From contig NMRA01000043.1 in NCBI GenBank assembly GCA_002633005.1, positions 221,463 through 285,462 on the forward strand: a stretch of 64,000 nucleotides of DNA, in the 5' to 3' direction. This document shows, in pieces, positions 24,021 to 36,849 of this stretch (the stretch's first letter is position 1; each line of letters begins with the position of its first letter). This DNA is from Phoronis australis. Taxonomy: Eukaryota; Animalia; Phoronida. Under the pieces are notes generated by a model. That model did not search any database, was not told the origin of the DNA, and worked only from the letters and a program-made list of their open reading frames with translations. A program made the position numbers and the translations under genes.

Positions 24021-27000
24021 TAGGTGAGTCAAGAAATTACCACCATGCAGGTTCGTGCGAAATAACTGAAGAACAAAACATTTTTCCTTAATAATTTTGG
24101 GTGTGAGATTAATAACATTAGAATCATTGTTCATGAGTGTTTTAACATTTTGCAGATGTTCCACTGTTTATAAGTGTTTTCACTTCTGCGCATGCTCGTG
24201 TGTCACGTGAGAGTTAGTTGAAGTATAGAGTCGATATCGTTAAAGTAAAAGAAGGGCGTTGTTATTATTTTGTGATCGTGTTTCATCGTAAATCGTTTTC
24301 AAAAATAAGAATTAATTGTGCACCATCGGCACAATCATCATATGTAATTCTAAAAATATTTGACCATATCTTCTGATTTAATTTTGGAAAAAGAAATCAT
24401 GTCCTTCATCAACAATTGTGAAATGTACTATTGTGTAACATGGCTCCCAGGCTTGGACAATCAATAGTTAAGTCAGTCCACATGTCATTGTTGACCAACC
24501 TGTAAGACAAGTGTAATGAGTTGCACAGCAGGGAAAATATGTTAGAAGGTCAGGTTAAAGTGTGTTAGATTTAAGAGTTGCCATGTTTGATCTAGGTAGT
24601 CACAGCAGAATGTCATTCAAATTAATTTTATTTCTGTAATAAAGGCCATAGGCCCATCACACAAGACAGCATATTGAATACTTAGGAGCTTTAAGGTAGG
24701 ACTTTATTGACAATTGTGTACATTAAGCCAAATATGTAAAACAAACTAGAATTCAAATGAGTAATCATTAGTTAAATTACTAGTGCAGTGCCTGCAAGTT
24801 GGCCAAACTCAGTTGGCAAGACATTGTGATGTACAATGAAAGCCTCTTGACTCACCAAATGGATTATCAATCGGGACATCCTGAGATGGCAAACAGACTT
24901 CATTTACTTGAACTTGCGGTACAATCAACATTCAAGTTCATTTTACGCACAAAAGCCACTTTTGAACATTGTATCGGTGATGATTGAAGCAGTTTTAGTC
25001 ACCATTTCTAATTCTACAAAATTACACAATGGGTCAAGAGAACTTCATCGAATGTGTCGCCACCCCAATTTAGTCCAGTTTGGGTGTGCAGAATGATGAC
25101 CTGACCTTTCCAATGAATGTGATTAGAGTGCAAAGGGTACAAGGGCACAGAATACAAGTCAGTCATGCCGCCCCACAATACTGGTAAACCAACCTTTGAA
25201 TGCAAGTGTCTCTGGCTTCCAAAAATAATTGCCAAAACTGCACTTTTTTATTTTTCAGAGGCTTTTTATATTGTTGCAAATGTCCCCATTTTTTTTTTTG
25301 AAAATATTGTCTGTTGGTTGCTATGGTATGGAACATAGATAGTGTGGGGTACAGGGAAAAATGTGTTTCGACTGTGTACGAGGTGGTTCGTAGGAACAGA
25401 ACTAGAGATGAGTCTTGACTAGTATATTGAAGAGGGTAAACATTACATGAGGAGAACAACTCTCAATGAGGAAAAAACACAGCTAATACTACTAATACTG
25501 CTCATAAAACTACTACTACTCCTGAATACAAGGGATATACCATACTCGTCCGGGTTTTGGTCCATGCTCGGCTTACCGCCCACCCCCCGAAAATTTCCAT
25601 TTTTCATTTTTAAGCGTCCACGCTCGACTTACTGCCCACCCCCAATTTTTCATGGTCCACATTTCCGTAAAAGTATCTGTGCTTCTGTGAATGTTCGCTT
25701 ACTTTTCTGGGACAATGGGAACCGGGACCTTGCCTTACTATGGCGGTAAAATACCCGAATTCTCATGGCCTTTACTGAAGGAGACACAATTGTTTAATTT
25801 GGCTCACGTGCGGAACTCTTGTCGGCATGTACTGATCACTGACACAGCGCTTGTCGAATGTATTTCATTTGCTTTAAAAGAACTAGCAAAGCAGTACTTG
25901 ACAGGGATATCACGTCCGTGGCCAACCTTTCTGCGATTCCCCATGACAGTAAACGAAACATGACCACCTTGAGTATTGAAATAAGAAAAAAAATGGTCCA
26001 TTGTGACAAGCCAACTTGTGTCGCTATTCATGTCTTGGTTAAACGCATATTTTTAATCACTTTCACTCCTGACACCAAAATGGAAGCGCCCAACCAAAGG
26101 CAAGAGTGCAAAAAATCAGCTTGTCATTAGCGCAAGTCGAACATTCTGTCCACGTTCCACGTGGTCAAAAACTTATTTTTTGAGCTTTTGATTTGCCTGA
26201 TGACTTTTTACAAGATGTGTTTTTGCTTCATTATTTTGGCAGCTGACTGAGTACCCCTATTGCCTTATGGTATAATGTTCATTCTTGAGCACTTGCTTTG
26301 AGCAACAGCGGTTTTGGCTTTGAACTCAAAAAGAAATATACAATGTATATAAAATGTCACATTGTTCAAAGTATTCAATAAGAAGACCTGTCAATCATTA
26401 GCAGTGCTTGGTTGCCTAAGTGTCCAGCAGGAAGCAAATCTTTACACAATCAAGTGCTTCCCTTAACTAGTAGAGTCTTGTTTGATCCGTCTTCCTGTCA
26501 AAAAACTTGCCCTACTGAACGCACGCCTACCTGTAGGAATACCTTAGTTCTAAGAGATGGATGACCAGCAGCGACCGAGATACATAAAAACCCAATCATG
26601 TTCAGGATCACGACGCCACTGTATCGGGTGCGCAGGCCGTCAAGTCTGTTACTTCAATCCCCCAACCTGTATTTTAACTGATATTCTTGAAGTCGAACAT
26701 CAGTATAGCTCCGTCAGGGTAAAATCTGTCCTCCGTGCAGTCAGCAACAACTCCCAACTTTTCAAAAATTTCAATTTTAACCGCCCATGCTCGGTTCACT
26801 CTCCACCCCGTTTTTTATATTCCCAATTTAAAGGCAAAGGCAACCTTTTTCCATGTCATTTTGAGCTAAAATAAGGTTGGTTGGTTATCCTAGACATTTT
26901 TCCACTTAATTACAGCTTTTCGTAATTTTATAAATTACTCGTCCGCTACTCCGGAAGTGACGTTTTAGGAGGCAAGCGTTTCCCGCCACTTGGTTTTGCG

Positions 27001-27164
27001 TTGACTTTACCATGCGAATCTGTTCTATTCTACTTTTGTTTTGTGCTGTTTTTCAACAATTGTCGCCACCACTTTCCATCGGCGAGTATTCTGCGGGAAG
27101 ATATGTTAGTAGAGAACTCAACTACGTTGGATTTAGGGATTGTTTAGTGTGTTATAAGCTGAAA

Positions 27165-27480
27165 ATGGCTGGAGTCGGTGACCCGTATCACAGTGGCAGT
27201 AGTGTGAGTGACGGAGACCTTGTTCACAGCAGTGGTGACAAGGAATTTTTTCACAGACATTCAGTGGGTGGGTACATGTTTGAGCCCGAGTATAACGAGG
27301 CAAAGTACGCACAGGCACAGGCAGCTGTTGGGAGAAACGAGGCGGCTACTGAGGACAGACGTGGTGACACATCTTTGTGCAAATGCACTGTGTGCGTTGT
27401 TATGCCTACCTCAATGGAATGCTTGTGCTGTTCAGAGTTCGACGAGGCCAAGCCACTACTGGACATGGTTAAGTGGACCT
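27165..27480 (+). pseudogene. Kolobok KolX-like ORF, N-terminal part (P2X7 cytoplasmic ballast-like Cys-rich domain)
   Basis: MAGVGDP...GGYMFEPEY...RRGDTSLCKCTVCVVMPTSMECLCCSE matches the YxFEP...CxCxxCxxMxTxxExxCCxE pattern; truncated by the deletion. Confidence 0.75.
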
Positions 27481-27499
27481 CCAGCATACCACGGACAGA

Positions 27500-28320
27500 G
27501 GAACAACTGTCCCACTTGCCAGAGTGTCCCGCGACACACTCCCACTGGATGGTGACCTGAGCACCCAAACTGCTTACACCGTGTCGTGTGACTCCCTCGC
27601 CACACACCTGGCACCTTCTAAATAGCTCCAACACTTTAGACAAGTCCACAATAAACTTATCTAAGTTTGGCTCACCGATCTGTTCACTGGACGACGAACT
27701 GTCCTCTTCACTGGGTGTCGAACTGAGCCTGTAATCACTCCCACTATACTCAATATCGCTGCAGGGCTGCTTAGAGGCTCTGGGCTGGAGAAAATAGCAC
27801 AGGGTGAATCACTACTGGTTCCATGAATTGCACACTCTGAGGTACGTTCGGAGGCACGGGTGACAGTAGATAAAGTGCCTCCACTGGCTCCAGTCACTAC
27901 TGGCCACAGCTCGCGAGGCTTCTCGCTTCAAAAACGCACTTCTCGGGGGTGGCGACGGGGCACTGCCGGGAATCAACACAGACGGAATGGCATCCTTCTT
28001 TAGACGTTGTTTCGCAGGGACTTTCATCAGTTCAGCGTACAAATCCCTTTCGTAATCGGACGGCAGAAAGTGCTTGCCACACCGTGACGCGGTAATTCTC
28101 CACTGCTTTGTACGTTGCGTGGACGGGTAATGCGGCGTTCTTCACACGAAAGAGCCAAGTACGGCGAAGTGTGCAGGAAAGCGATGCAAAGGTACTCCCA
28201 AAGCGCGCGTGAGCCGATAATTAGTACATCCTGGTACGCAGCAACAGTGTGGCATGTTGACGGACTAGTAAATGAAAGCAAACGACGACGGAACTCTACA
28301 CAACCGAGGTAGAACAATGA
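27500..28320 (-). pseudogene. Kolobok THAP-domain transposase, N-terminal part, frameshifted
   Basis: THAP C-terminal signature CGKHFLPSDY...RLKKDAIPSV, then KFIVDLSKVLELFRRCQVC...IQWECVAGHSGKWDS. The catalytic core is deleted. Confidence 0.8.
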
Positions 28321-29574
28321 CTGACTCGGCAGCTCTCACAGTCAGACTATATGAAAAGAAATTGGCGCGAAATGCTTGCCTCCTAATTCGTCACTTCCGG
28401 AGTAGCGGACGAGTAATTTATAAAATTACGAAAAGCTGTAATTAAGTGGAAAATATGTCTAGGATAACCAACCAACCTTATTTTAGCTCAAAATGACATG
28501 GAAAAAGGTTGCCTTCGCCTTTAAGCGCCCTGGGCTGTAACGTGTACGAGTATGCTATATAGAGACTTAGAGAAACAGGAATTAACCAATCAAATAAGAC
28601 AAACAAATAAAGATGCACTATGCAGACAAATAAACAGTTCTAAGAATAGGATGTATTACTTATCCTCTACTCTTAGAAAGTGGTGATCAACAACAACAGA
28701 AAGTTATATAATACATAATACTAAATGATGCAAAAACACATTCTGCGACATCCTCCTCCCCCCATGCAATAGTTGAGGAATTAAAAACAAGTAGTACTCA
28801 AATAAATGTACAATGAACAAAGCTAGAATTAAAATGAGTAATATAATAAGAAATAGGTGCAATAAACATGTGAAAAAGTGGACATATGAAAAACGAAATA
28901 ATGTATTTGAATCAATCATTTGTCCAATGTCGTATATTCTGACGAGCCTGGAGAGTTGCCGGTCATTGTGGTCATGGAGGATGCAGTGTTGAGGCCGAAT
29001 TAGGTGGGGTATTCGTAGTGTCGACGAATGGCTGATTCGGAATGGAGTTGACACTTATCTTGAGCGGGTAAAGCTTTAAGTCACGGGACGCTTTTTTCTG
29101 GATGACTGAGAATGAATATCGGCAGAGCGAATGAACCGTTCATGCCTGTAATTGAGGCGCTCTACTCGAGCCATTTTCAATAGAACACGCGGCTTGTCGT
29201 CGTGAACCAATACAACGTCGCCGATGTTGATGGGTGAAGTTTGATTATGTCAGGTTACAAGTTGTTGTCGTTCACGAAGCAGTTAAATACTCGTGCTGCC
29301 AGCGGCAAAAGAAATGACTCATGAGTGCAGATCACCTTGTATACTGCAATTGTACCATAGTCGCGTCGAAATTGGGGGTCAGAGAGTCTGTCAGTTTGAA
29401 TGTCAAAATGTGGGGTACAGGGAAAAATGCAGTTCGACTGTGTACGAGGTGGTTCGTAGGAACAGAATAATAGATGAGTCTTGACTAGTATATTGAACAC
29501 TGCAAACATTACACGAGGAGAACAACTCTCAATGCGGAACAACCACAGCTAATACTACTAATACTGCTCATAAC

Positions 29575-29578
<4 letters not shown>

Positions 29579-29649
<71 letters not shown>
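29579..29649. repeat. (CTG)n microsatellite, ~23 units, inside an LTR
   Basis: Directly visible. Confidence 0.98.
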
Positions 29650-29999
29650 ACTCCTGAATACAAGTGAAAGTGACATATATATAGAGACTAGAGAAACACC
29701 AAGTTACCATCAAATAAGACGAAAAAATTAAGATGCACTTAATCCTGACAAACAAACAGTTCTAGGAATAGCAAGTATTACCCATCCTCTACTCTAAGGA
29801 AGTGGTGATCAACAACAACAGAAAGTTGTGTAATTCGTAATACTAAATGATGCAAAAACACAATAACACATTCTACGACAGATAGGGCAAAGTATTATTT
29901 TGATGTTACATTATTGCACGATGAATGCTTTCAGTCATCCAGTTGGGTCATAGTATAAGAATCAATAAATCTATTACTGGACTTACGGTACGTGGAGAT

Positions 30000-30038
30000 G
30001 GCTACGTTGCGTCCTCCTCTCGAGGACTTCTTCAGGCC
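30000..30038 (-). ncRNA. Minimal type I hammerhead ribozyme-like motif (variant core)
   Basis: GGC CTGAAGA A GTCCTC-GAGAG-GAGGAC GCAA CGTA GCC. Confidence 0.6.
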
Positions 30039-30492
30039 ACTGAGTTGTCACGTGACTTGTCATGTGATCCGTCGTACAGTTTTCGCGAGATTCTCTTCAG
30101 TGCCCTATCCCATGTCCTAGGTAAGTGAAACCGCAGCCCCCCCGTCTATTGAGGCTAGGATTCTCAATTCTCTCGTAGATAGCTTCTTTGACCCCTCTCC
30201 GAAACCAGTTTTCTTCTCTATCCAGGATCTTCATATCTTCCATGGCGAAAGAGTCACATGGCTTCCACAGACCACTCTTTCGCCATGGAAGATGTGAAGA
30301 TCCTGGATAGAGAAGAAAATTGGTTTCGGAGAGGGGTCAAAGGAGCTATCTACGAGAGAATTGAGACTCCTAGCCTCAATAGACAAGGGGGGGGCTGCAG
30401 TTTCACTTACCTAGGACATGGGATAGGGCGCTGAAGAGAATCCCTTGGAAACTGTACGAAAGATCACATGGCAAGTCACGTGACAACTCAGT

Positions 30493-30528
30493 GGCCTGAT
30501 GAAGTCCTCGAGAGGATGCAACGTAGCC
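30493..30528 (+). ncRNA. Minimal type I hammerhead ribozyme-like motif (variant core)
   Basis: GGC CTGATGA A GTCCTC-GA-GAGGAT GCAA CGTA GCC. Confidence 0.6.
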
Positions 30529-31934
30529 ATCTCCACGTACCGTAAGTCCAGTAATAGATTTATTGATTCTTATATTACATTATTGCATTTGTTGTGAAAA
30601 AATGAGAAAATAAAACTTCACCTGCCGAACATAATCTAAATTGGTGAGATTTTCTCGTATGAATAGCAAAATGTATGGTTCCTAAACTTTCTGAGGACTC
30701 TGGCTTAAGTGAAATTAGTCAATGAATAGGTAGCAAGAACTACATCTTATTACTTCACTTGATCATCTACTTTTTCTTATGAAGGTCAAGTTTTATAGGA
30801 AATGATGTATTTTGTATGAAATTAGAAAGCGGATTTCCGAACTGCATGAGTTTAATTTGCCTGAAGTGGTGCAGTTCTCTGTTCGTTGACACAACATATT
30901 TTTAGCCGATGATTAGAGTTTGGCATAAATATACCTGTCGTGGTTCAGGATGTAATAAAGCTTTCATTAGAAATCGGATGCAATTGTTCATCAAATTCTT
31001 GTTAACTAGTTTCAGGATTGACGTAGGCTGCCTGCTGTGCAATACAAGATAAATAGGTCAATAGGACAACAATTAGTTTTCTTATCAAAGGAGTTAAACA
31101 AACAAATGTAAACAAAAGTATAAAAAGTTCTTTGCTGCTAATCATCCATTGGAGGAATTCTGTCAATCATACAGCAGTTCTGTCAATCACACAACTTGAT
31201 TTGGGCTCTACATTCTAGTTGGGTAAGCCCTGAGGACAATTATCAAGTACACCTAATGTATAAAAACATTTGTTGAAAAATGTAGATTGGTTAGCATAGG
31301 ATGTGATCAATTACTTTATTGAGCATTTTTATGTAGCCAACCACTGGTGGGATGTTACCAGTTTCAATTAAATCTGTAATCATGTGATTTGTCAACTGGT
31401 ATGTTACTAGGCACTAACATTGTTATAGTTTTGTTTGGAATCAGGTGTTGAAATCAAGGAAAATTTGATTATATGTTGAAGTCATTTTCATTTATAGGAT
31501 TTGTTTTTTTGTAAAGCTGCCACATTCAGTGGTCGTACTATAATTAGGAACTGATAATTTGCTTTGACAAGTTCATGAGCTGGTGATCGACTGTGCAAGT
31601 CTATTCTAATGTTTGGTCTTCATTTCCCACAATTACAAACATTGTCAAAAGGTAGATATGACATGTACCTTTTAAATTGTGTAGCTTATATTTGACGATG
31701 CTTATCTTTCATTAAAAAACGAAAACAAAATTTCACTTGTCGGCCATATTGTGTCCTAAGTTAGTGGGGTTTTACGGTAGGTAGTTAGATATTTTTAATC
31801 CTTAGATCTGTGGTTACCCTTCTTTTACCTGGGAAGGTAAAGCCATGTTCATTCATTCATTGTACTGGATTTAATAAAATGTCGATGGGAGGTCCAAGCA
31901 TAATTGAATTGTATCTCAGCTATCCACTGAATTA

Positions 31935-34358
31935 CCGTAATCGTTCGGGTTAACGCCCTGGGCGGTTAAATTGGCGAATCCAAAAAATCGGGGGAGGGCG
32001 GTTAACAGAGCAGTGGGCGGTTAAATCGAAAATCCACCTAAAGTAGGGGATGGGCGGTTAACCGAACATGGGCGCTTATTACGACAGACAACAGCCCTGG
32101 GCGGTTAATCTTACCTGGCGATCTAAATCCCCACACGACAATCATACTCAGAACGCGTAGCCCTTTTCAAAGAGCTTTATCGTCACGTCACCAAATGACT
32201 GTGAAAACTTCATAACAGCGGATGATCCCTACAAAGGTTCTCTTGCCCTCAGATTAGTCATTCACTATTAAATTTACAAAATTGCTGAGTAATAGCCCCG
32301 TGCCGTCCTGCGGTGCGCAGACGACCAGTGACCTCGCAGCCTCCACTAGAATTAAAACGTTTCAAGATGTGACCTTGCTTAAGTGCGCGCGTGCAAGCTT
32401 CACGTGTTGCAGAGGTCAGACATCAAATTTATGGTTACAGTCTCGTACTATATGTAGCTGTCAAGTTCCGACTCAGAGAGCAGTTTTAAAATTGGTTGTA
32501 ATAAAAGTTTGAAAAACTTAACTCTGTTGTTTTTTTGTGTTTGGGATGTTATAGTCGACATTCCGTGACTCAAAGACATTTTCACCGTATGCTTCTGCGG
32601 CTAGCTGTCTTATCTCGACAGCCCGGCATTGCTCTCTTGCCGTTGCGCCAAACATGCTATGCAAAGAAGTAAGACAAGGATCGGGGGTGGTCGAGCCAGT
32701 CGTCGATCAAGAATAAAATTTCAAGCAACTGCATAAATATGTTACAAAATGTCAGAAAACAGCAATGTTTCAATTCATTATTCTAAACGATCACCTTACC
32801 AAACTTCGTGGTGGAAAAACATTTATTTTTCATGCAAGATGTCCAGATTATCCTATTTATATCACTTGTAATATCGCACTGCGGCACTGTTCGGTCCCGC
32901 TGTTATCGCGCAATGTCTCAGTCGGCTGACAATCGTGACTTGGAAATGCCGTCAAGTAATATAACGGCCTCTTTCAATATGCATCTCGTTTTTTATGGCC
33001 AAAGATAGTGGCGGTATTCAGCACGCACGTAGGGCCTACGTGTGAGTCACCTGTCAATCACATGTTGGTGTCAAGGTAACATGCACTCCAAAGTGTGGGA
33101 ACTTGCGCACGTGCACCACTACAAATCAGTCACACATAGCGACAATCCGACGAAGTAACAAAAACGGGCGTGACTATGTACTTTTAAGCTGTTGTTACGA
33201 AAGACCCAGTTCTTTACGATATTCCTCCGTTGCCAATGTTCCCCAAAACTGCGATGTCAAGTCTATTCCCATATTTCCCGGCTCGATGCTCCCTAAGCCC
33301 ATCCCTGTAACTAGCTGCGTGAATCTCCTACCCACTATCGTCAAGCAGTCTACGTCGTAGATATTTCAGACTCGAATGGTAAGAATTTTTGTTCAGGCTG
33401 AAAATGGCCAATGTATGAACAAAATTATTCTGGATGGCTAAAAAGGGGATGTGGAAACGATAATTCACACAGTCACGCTTACGTGGGGGCTGACGCAAGA
33501 AATAGTAAAGAACAGCCAGCGACTTTTCTTAAATCTGCTAACCAGTTTGACTGAGATGCAATAAACGAAAAACAAAATTTGACCAGCCGTTTTTTTATTA
33601 CTTCAAGATCATACACAAACATACATTATTGCCAACGTTTGAATTCAGAAATCGACAGGCAGCAACGAAATTGGTAACCCAGTAAGGCACTTGTACTGTC
33701 CCTTCGGTCGCCCCACCTCCTCTATAACCCGGCAGTTATATTCATCAAAATATTGAGAATTTGACATCTTTCCGTGAGTTGTGAGATTTGTTCAAAATAC
33801 GAGAGCTTCCCACCTTAATAGAATTTGGAGGGTTGGCAAAACCATTGTCACATTTCTCTGGCCTGATTTTTTCGAATATATGTTTTATCTAGTGCTCTGC
33901 AGACGGAAACTCAGCGCGGCAGACAAAGTCGCTGAAAGTGGAGCTTTTGACGCCGGTGGCGTTCTTAAACTTTGCAAACAAGGGAAGAAAATAAAGTGAC
34001 GAAAAGGTTCAAGTATTATATTTTGAAGTGAGTTCATGACCCAAGACAATAACTCGTTACCTGTATTGTAATTCAGATTGCTAAACCACCGTCTCGGAGT
34101 CCCGGCGTCGTTGCACTCATTGTGATCGTCGATCTTTTTCTAAAAGTTGCGGAATCGCGCGTTTCGTTAGCACTAGGCGCTAAATCTTCATTCTTTAAGT
34201 CGGGGATGGGCGCTTAACCGAGAGGTGGGCGCTTAACTGGAAATCTTCAAAAATCGCAGGGGGCGCTCAACCGAGCAGTGGGCGGTTAAATCGAAAATCC
34301 AATTAAAGTCGGGGATGGGCGGTTAACTGAGCATGGGCGTTAACCCGAACGATTACGG
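31935..34358. mobile_element. Non-autonomous Tc2/pogo-like element, copy 2 (2.4 kb), TA TSD
   Basis: TA|CCGTAATCGTTCGGGTTAACGCCC ... GGGCGTTAACCCGAACGATTACGG|TA. It has ~160 bp extra at ~33781-33945 relative to copy 1. Confidence 0.93.
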
Positions 34359-35894
34359 TAAGTTGCTATGGAGTTTGATTTTGAAAAAAATGTTTAACAA
34401 AATTCAATTTCTGATTTAGTAAGACAGTCATGGTGGGATTGTCATTATTAAGAGTTTAATACATAGTTAATTTTAACTGTTAATAGTTTATGGAAATGAA
34501 GCGGACAAGGTATCCAAGTTGCCCAATGACAACTGTGGCATACTGCAGAACCATGGAATAAATACTGAACAGAGTGATCTTTTGTTCATTTGGGTGATTG
34601 AGACTTTTTGTTGGCCTAAGCAACAATTTTTGAAACAAGGAAATACTGTCTCAAATGATTGGTTATTACTTATCTTTTATTGCCATCTTGTGTTGCAGCA
34701 AGAACATTGAACTAAAAGCAATTCAAAGACTGTTTTGCAGAGAATAAAAAAATGATTGACTTCGATTTCCAAAGGTCGGCCATTTTTAGTGGTGTCGGAC
34801 CAGCAATGTGCATACACATATCCATCTTGGCTGAAGTTCTGAGATCCACATGGTGTAGTTCATTGTAAACTGGTTAAGACTTTTCTAGTCGTTATTCCCC
34901 ACTGCTATGATAAAATTGGTTATGAAATCAAAAATATTTGGCCAGCGAGACCAATCACTGCCGAGTCAAAAAGCGGGGGAAGTCATTGTGAGAAAGTGGG
35001 CGATGCAGCAGTTTCTCGTCTCTACAAAAATCGTAGATGAATACATCCAATGTTGTCTGCAGTTGTTTCGAAAAAAATTTTGTCTTGCAGCGGAAAAATG
35101 TTGTGAAAGTGTATATCGCCACATTCTGCATGTTTCGATGTACATAATAGCTAGAAAAATACCAGAAACATCGTGAAAATAGGAACCACAGATGTGATGC
35201 TAATTTTGCTACAAAACTAATCAACGGGCGTTATTAAGCAGTGTGCAAGGCTTTGCCACCAATGGGCATTGTTGTGGAAACCAAACCGAGAAATTTTAAT
35301 GGCCAATGCAGCTTACGACCACAATCAAGGGCAAAAATTCTTTTTGCAGTTAACGGTAATAGTGAATTTTGCTTGAACTCGGCCAGTGTGATGGGGAACT
35401 CGCCTGTGGTCAGTCCAAGTTGCTTGACCGAGAGCTATGGATCATTTTGTCGGACTGGTTTTAACATGTACCGTACTGTAGTTGCTTAGAAACGTTGGAA
35501 AAGGATTTTGAGACCAGAGTGTAGGCTGATTATTGAGAGCTTGACGAGCATTTAGTGAATTAAAGACATTATTTTGCAGGTTTTCTGCGCTGGAGTCACA
35601 AAAGTTTGATAATGCAGCATGTAAATTGTAATGCTGGAATGGGTCAATGAAAATGATTGGAAGAGTTGTATGTCAAACTGTTGCCAATTAGATATTTTTG
35701 TTGCTTGTGATTTAATAATGTAGTTCAATTTGTAACTCCCCTCAGCTAAAGTGCAGTTTTAATCTTGACTGAAACTGAATGAAGCCCCAATGACGGTACA
35801 TGTTGTGCTGTTTTTTAATACCATTTTAACACCCTGTTAAGCTGTCTAACAGATGAAAATGAATTGGGCCTTCTACTCCCATAAATTTGGTCTT

Positions 35895-36130
35895 ATAGTA
35901 TTCCTTACCATGATAGTATTCCTTACCGTGATGGTATTTCTTACCGTGATGGTATTCCTTACCGTGATGGTACTCCTTACCTTGATGGTACTCCTTACCG
36001 TGATGGTACTCCTTACCGTGATAATACTCCTTGCCGTGATGGTACTCCTTACCGTGATGGTACTCCTTACCGTGATGGTACTCCTTACCGTGATGGTACT
36101 CCTTACCGTGATGGTACTCCTTACCATGAT
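35895..36130. repeat. 18-bp minisatellite, ~13 copies
   Basis: Unit GTACTCCTTACCGTGATG. Confidence 0.96.
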
Positions 36131-36849
36131 AGGATTCTACTTTGAACATCAAAACATTCAGTGACTCAAGAAATTGCTTCAGATTATAATGAACTCAGCC
36201 AACTGAACCAAAACAATTGCAAATTCGAACATGTTGGAGTACGCACAACGTGTGGCATCGAAAACATCGATGACTCAAGAAAATGGATCAGTTTGTTGAG
36301 GTAAGCCAACCCTAAAATTGCTAATTCGAAGCTAGCGCAATACTTGTAATGTGTGACTTGAGTTGGTAACGGAAATTGGCGTCTTTCATGGTAAAGAATA
36401 GTACGAGGCTTCTTTTGTGAGAGAGAAAGGCCATATTCAATTTTGCTTCTGTAGCCAGGTGGAAATACAGCCTTCAGTCATACTGTCCCATTGATTGACT
36501 GGTTGTTCACTGGAAAATGTGGGAAACTCGCTCATCATGATTTATGGGTGTGAGTGTTGATTTTTGAGGCTTAGGTTACCTTGGTATTCTTGTTGTGATG
36601 TAAATGTGCTTTGAAATTGGAACAATGAAAGCTAATGCAAGTGTAATTGCAAATGGGAAAACCTGCATTGCATTAGCAACATGAGCAAATGAGTGAGCCA
36701 ACAAAATACAATTATATAATTTCTACCCACTACACCCTAACCAATATTGAATTAAGTGTCTAGAAAAGTAATTATTGCTCTAACTGACCTTATTAGTTCT
36801 CCAATAATGAAATAGTTGGGGTTCACTTTGTCTTATTCTTCATAACTAA

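Larger units (their letters stand above)
26832..28520. mobile_element. Kolobok DNA transposon, internal-deletion derivative
   Basis: TTAA|AGGCAAAGGCAACC ... GGTTGCCTTCGCCT|TTAA with near-perfect TIRs of ~130-165 bp and two convergent ORF remnants. Confidence 0.92.
25540..28555. mobile_element. TA-TSD non-autonomous element (Tc2/pogo-like) inserted in the BEL LTR
   Basis: TA|CCATACTCGT ... ACGAGTATGC|TA with TAANCGCCC subterminal motifs. Removing it restores continuity with the second LTR. Confidence 0.75.
25343..29880 (-). mobile_element. Non-autonomous BEL/Pao LTR element (two LTRs, ~660-bp internal region), 5-bp TSD GATAG
   Basis: LTRs at 25343-28750 (interrupted) and 29409-29880 both run TGTGGGGTAC...CGACA. 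GATAG lies at 25338-25342 and 29881-29885. PPT GGGGGAGGAGGA is on the minus strand at 28751-28762. The internal DUF5641 remnant reads INIGDVVLVHDDKPR...IRSADI...RPV...LYPL. Confidence 0.88.
29919..30574. mobile_element. Penelope-like element 3' fragment arranged as an inverted duplication (~300-bp arms)
   Basis: Arms at 29954-30254 and 30274-30574. They encode a GIY-YIG C-terminus, HSFAMEDVKILDREENWFRRGVKEAIYERIE.PSLNRxGG. Flanked by TTACATTATTGCA at 29906-29918 and 30575-30587. Confidence 0.9.

Noticed and set aside
35826-36164. His-rich (HHGKEY)n or hydrophobic repeat protein
   Set aside because: An 18-bp minisatellite open in several frames, with no splice or domain support.
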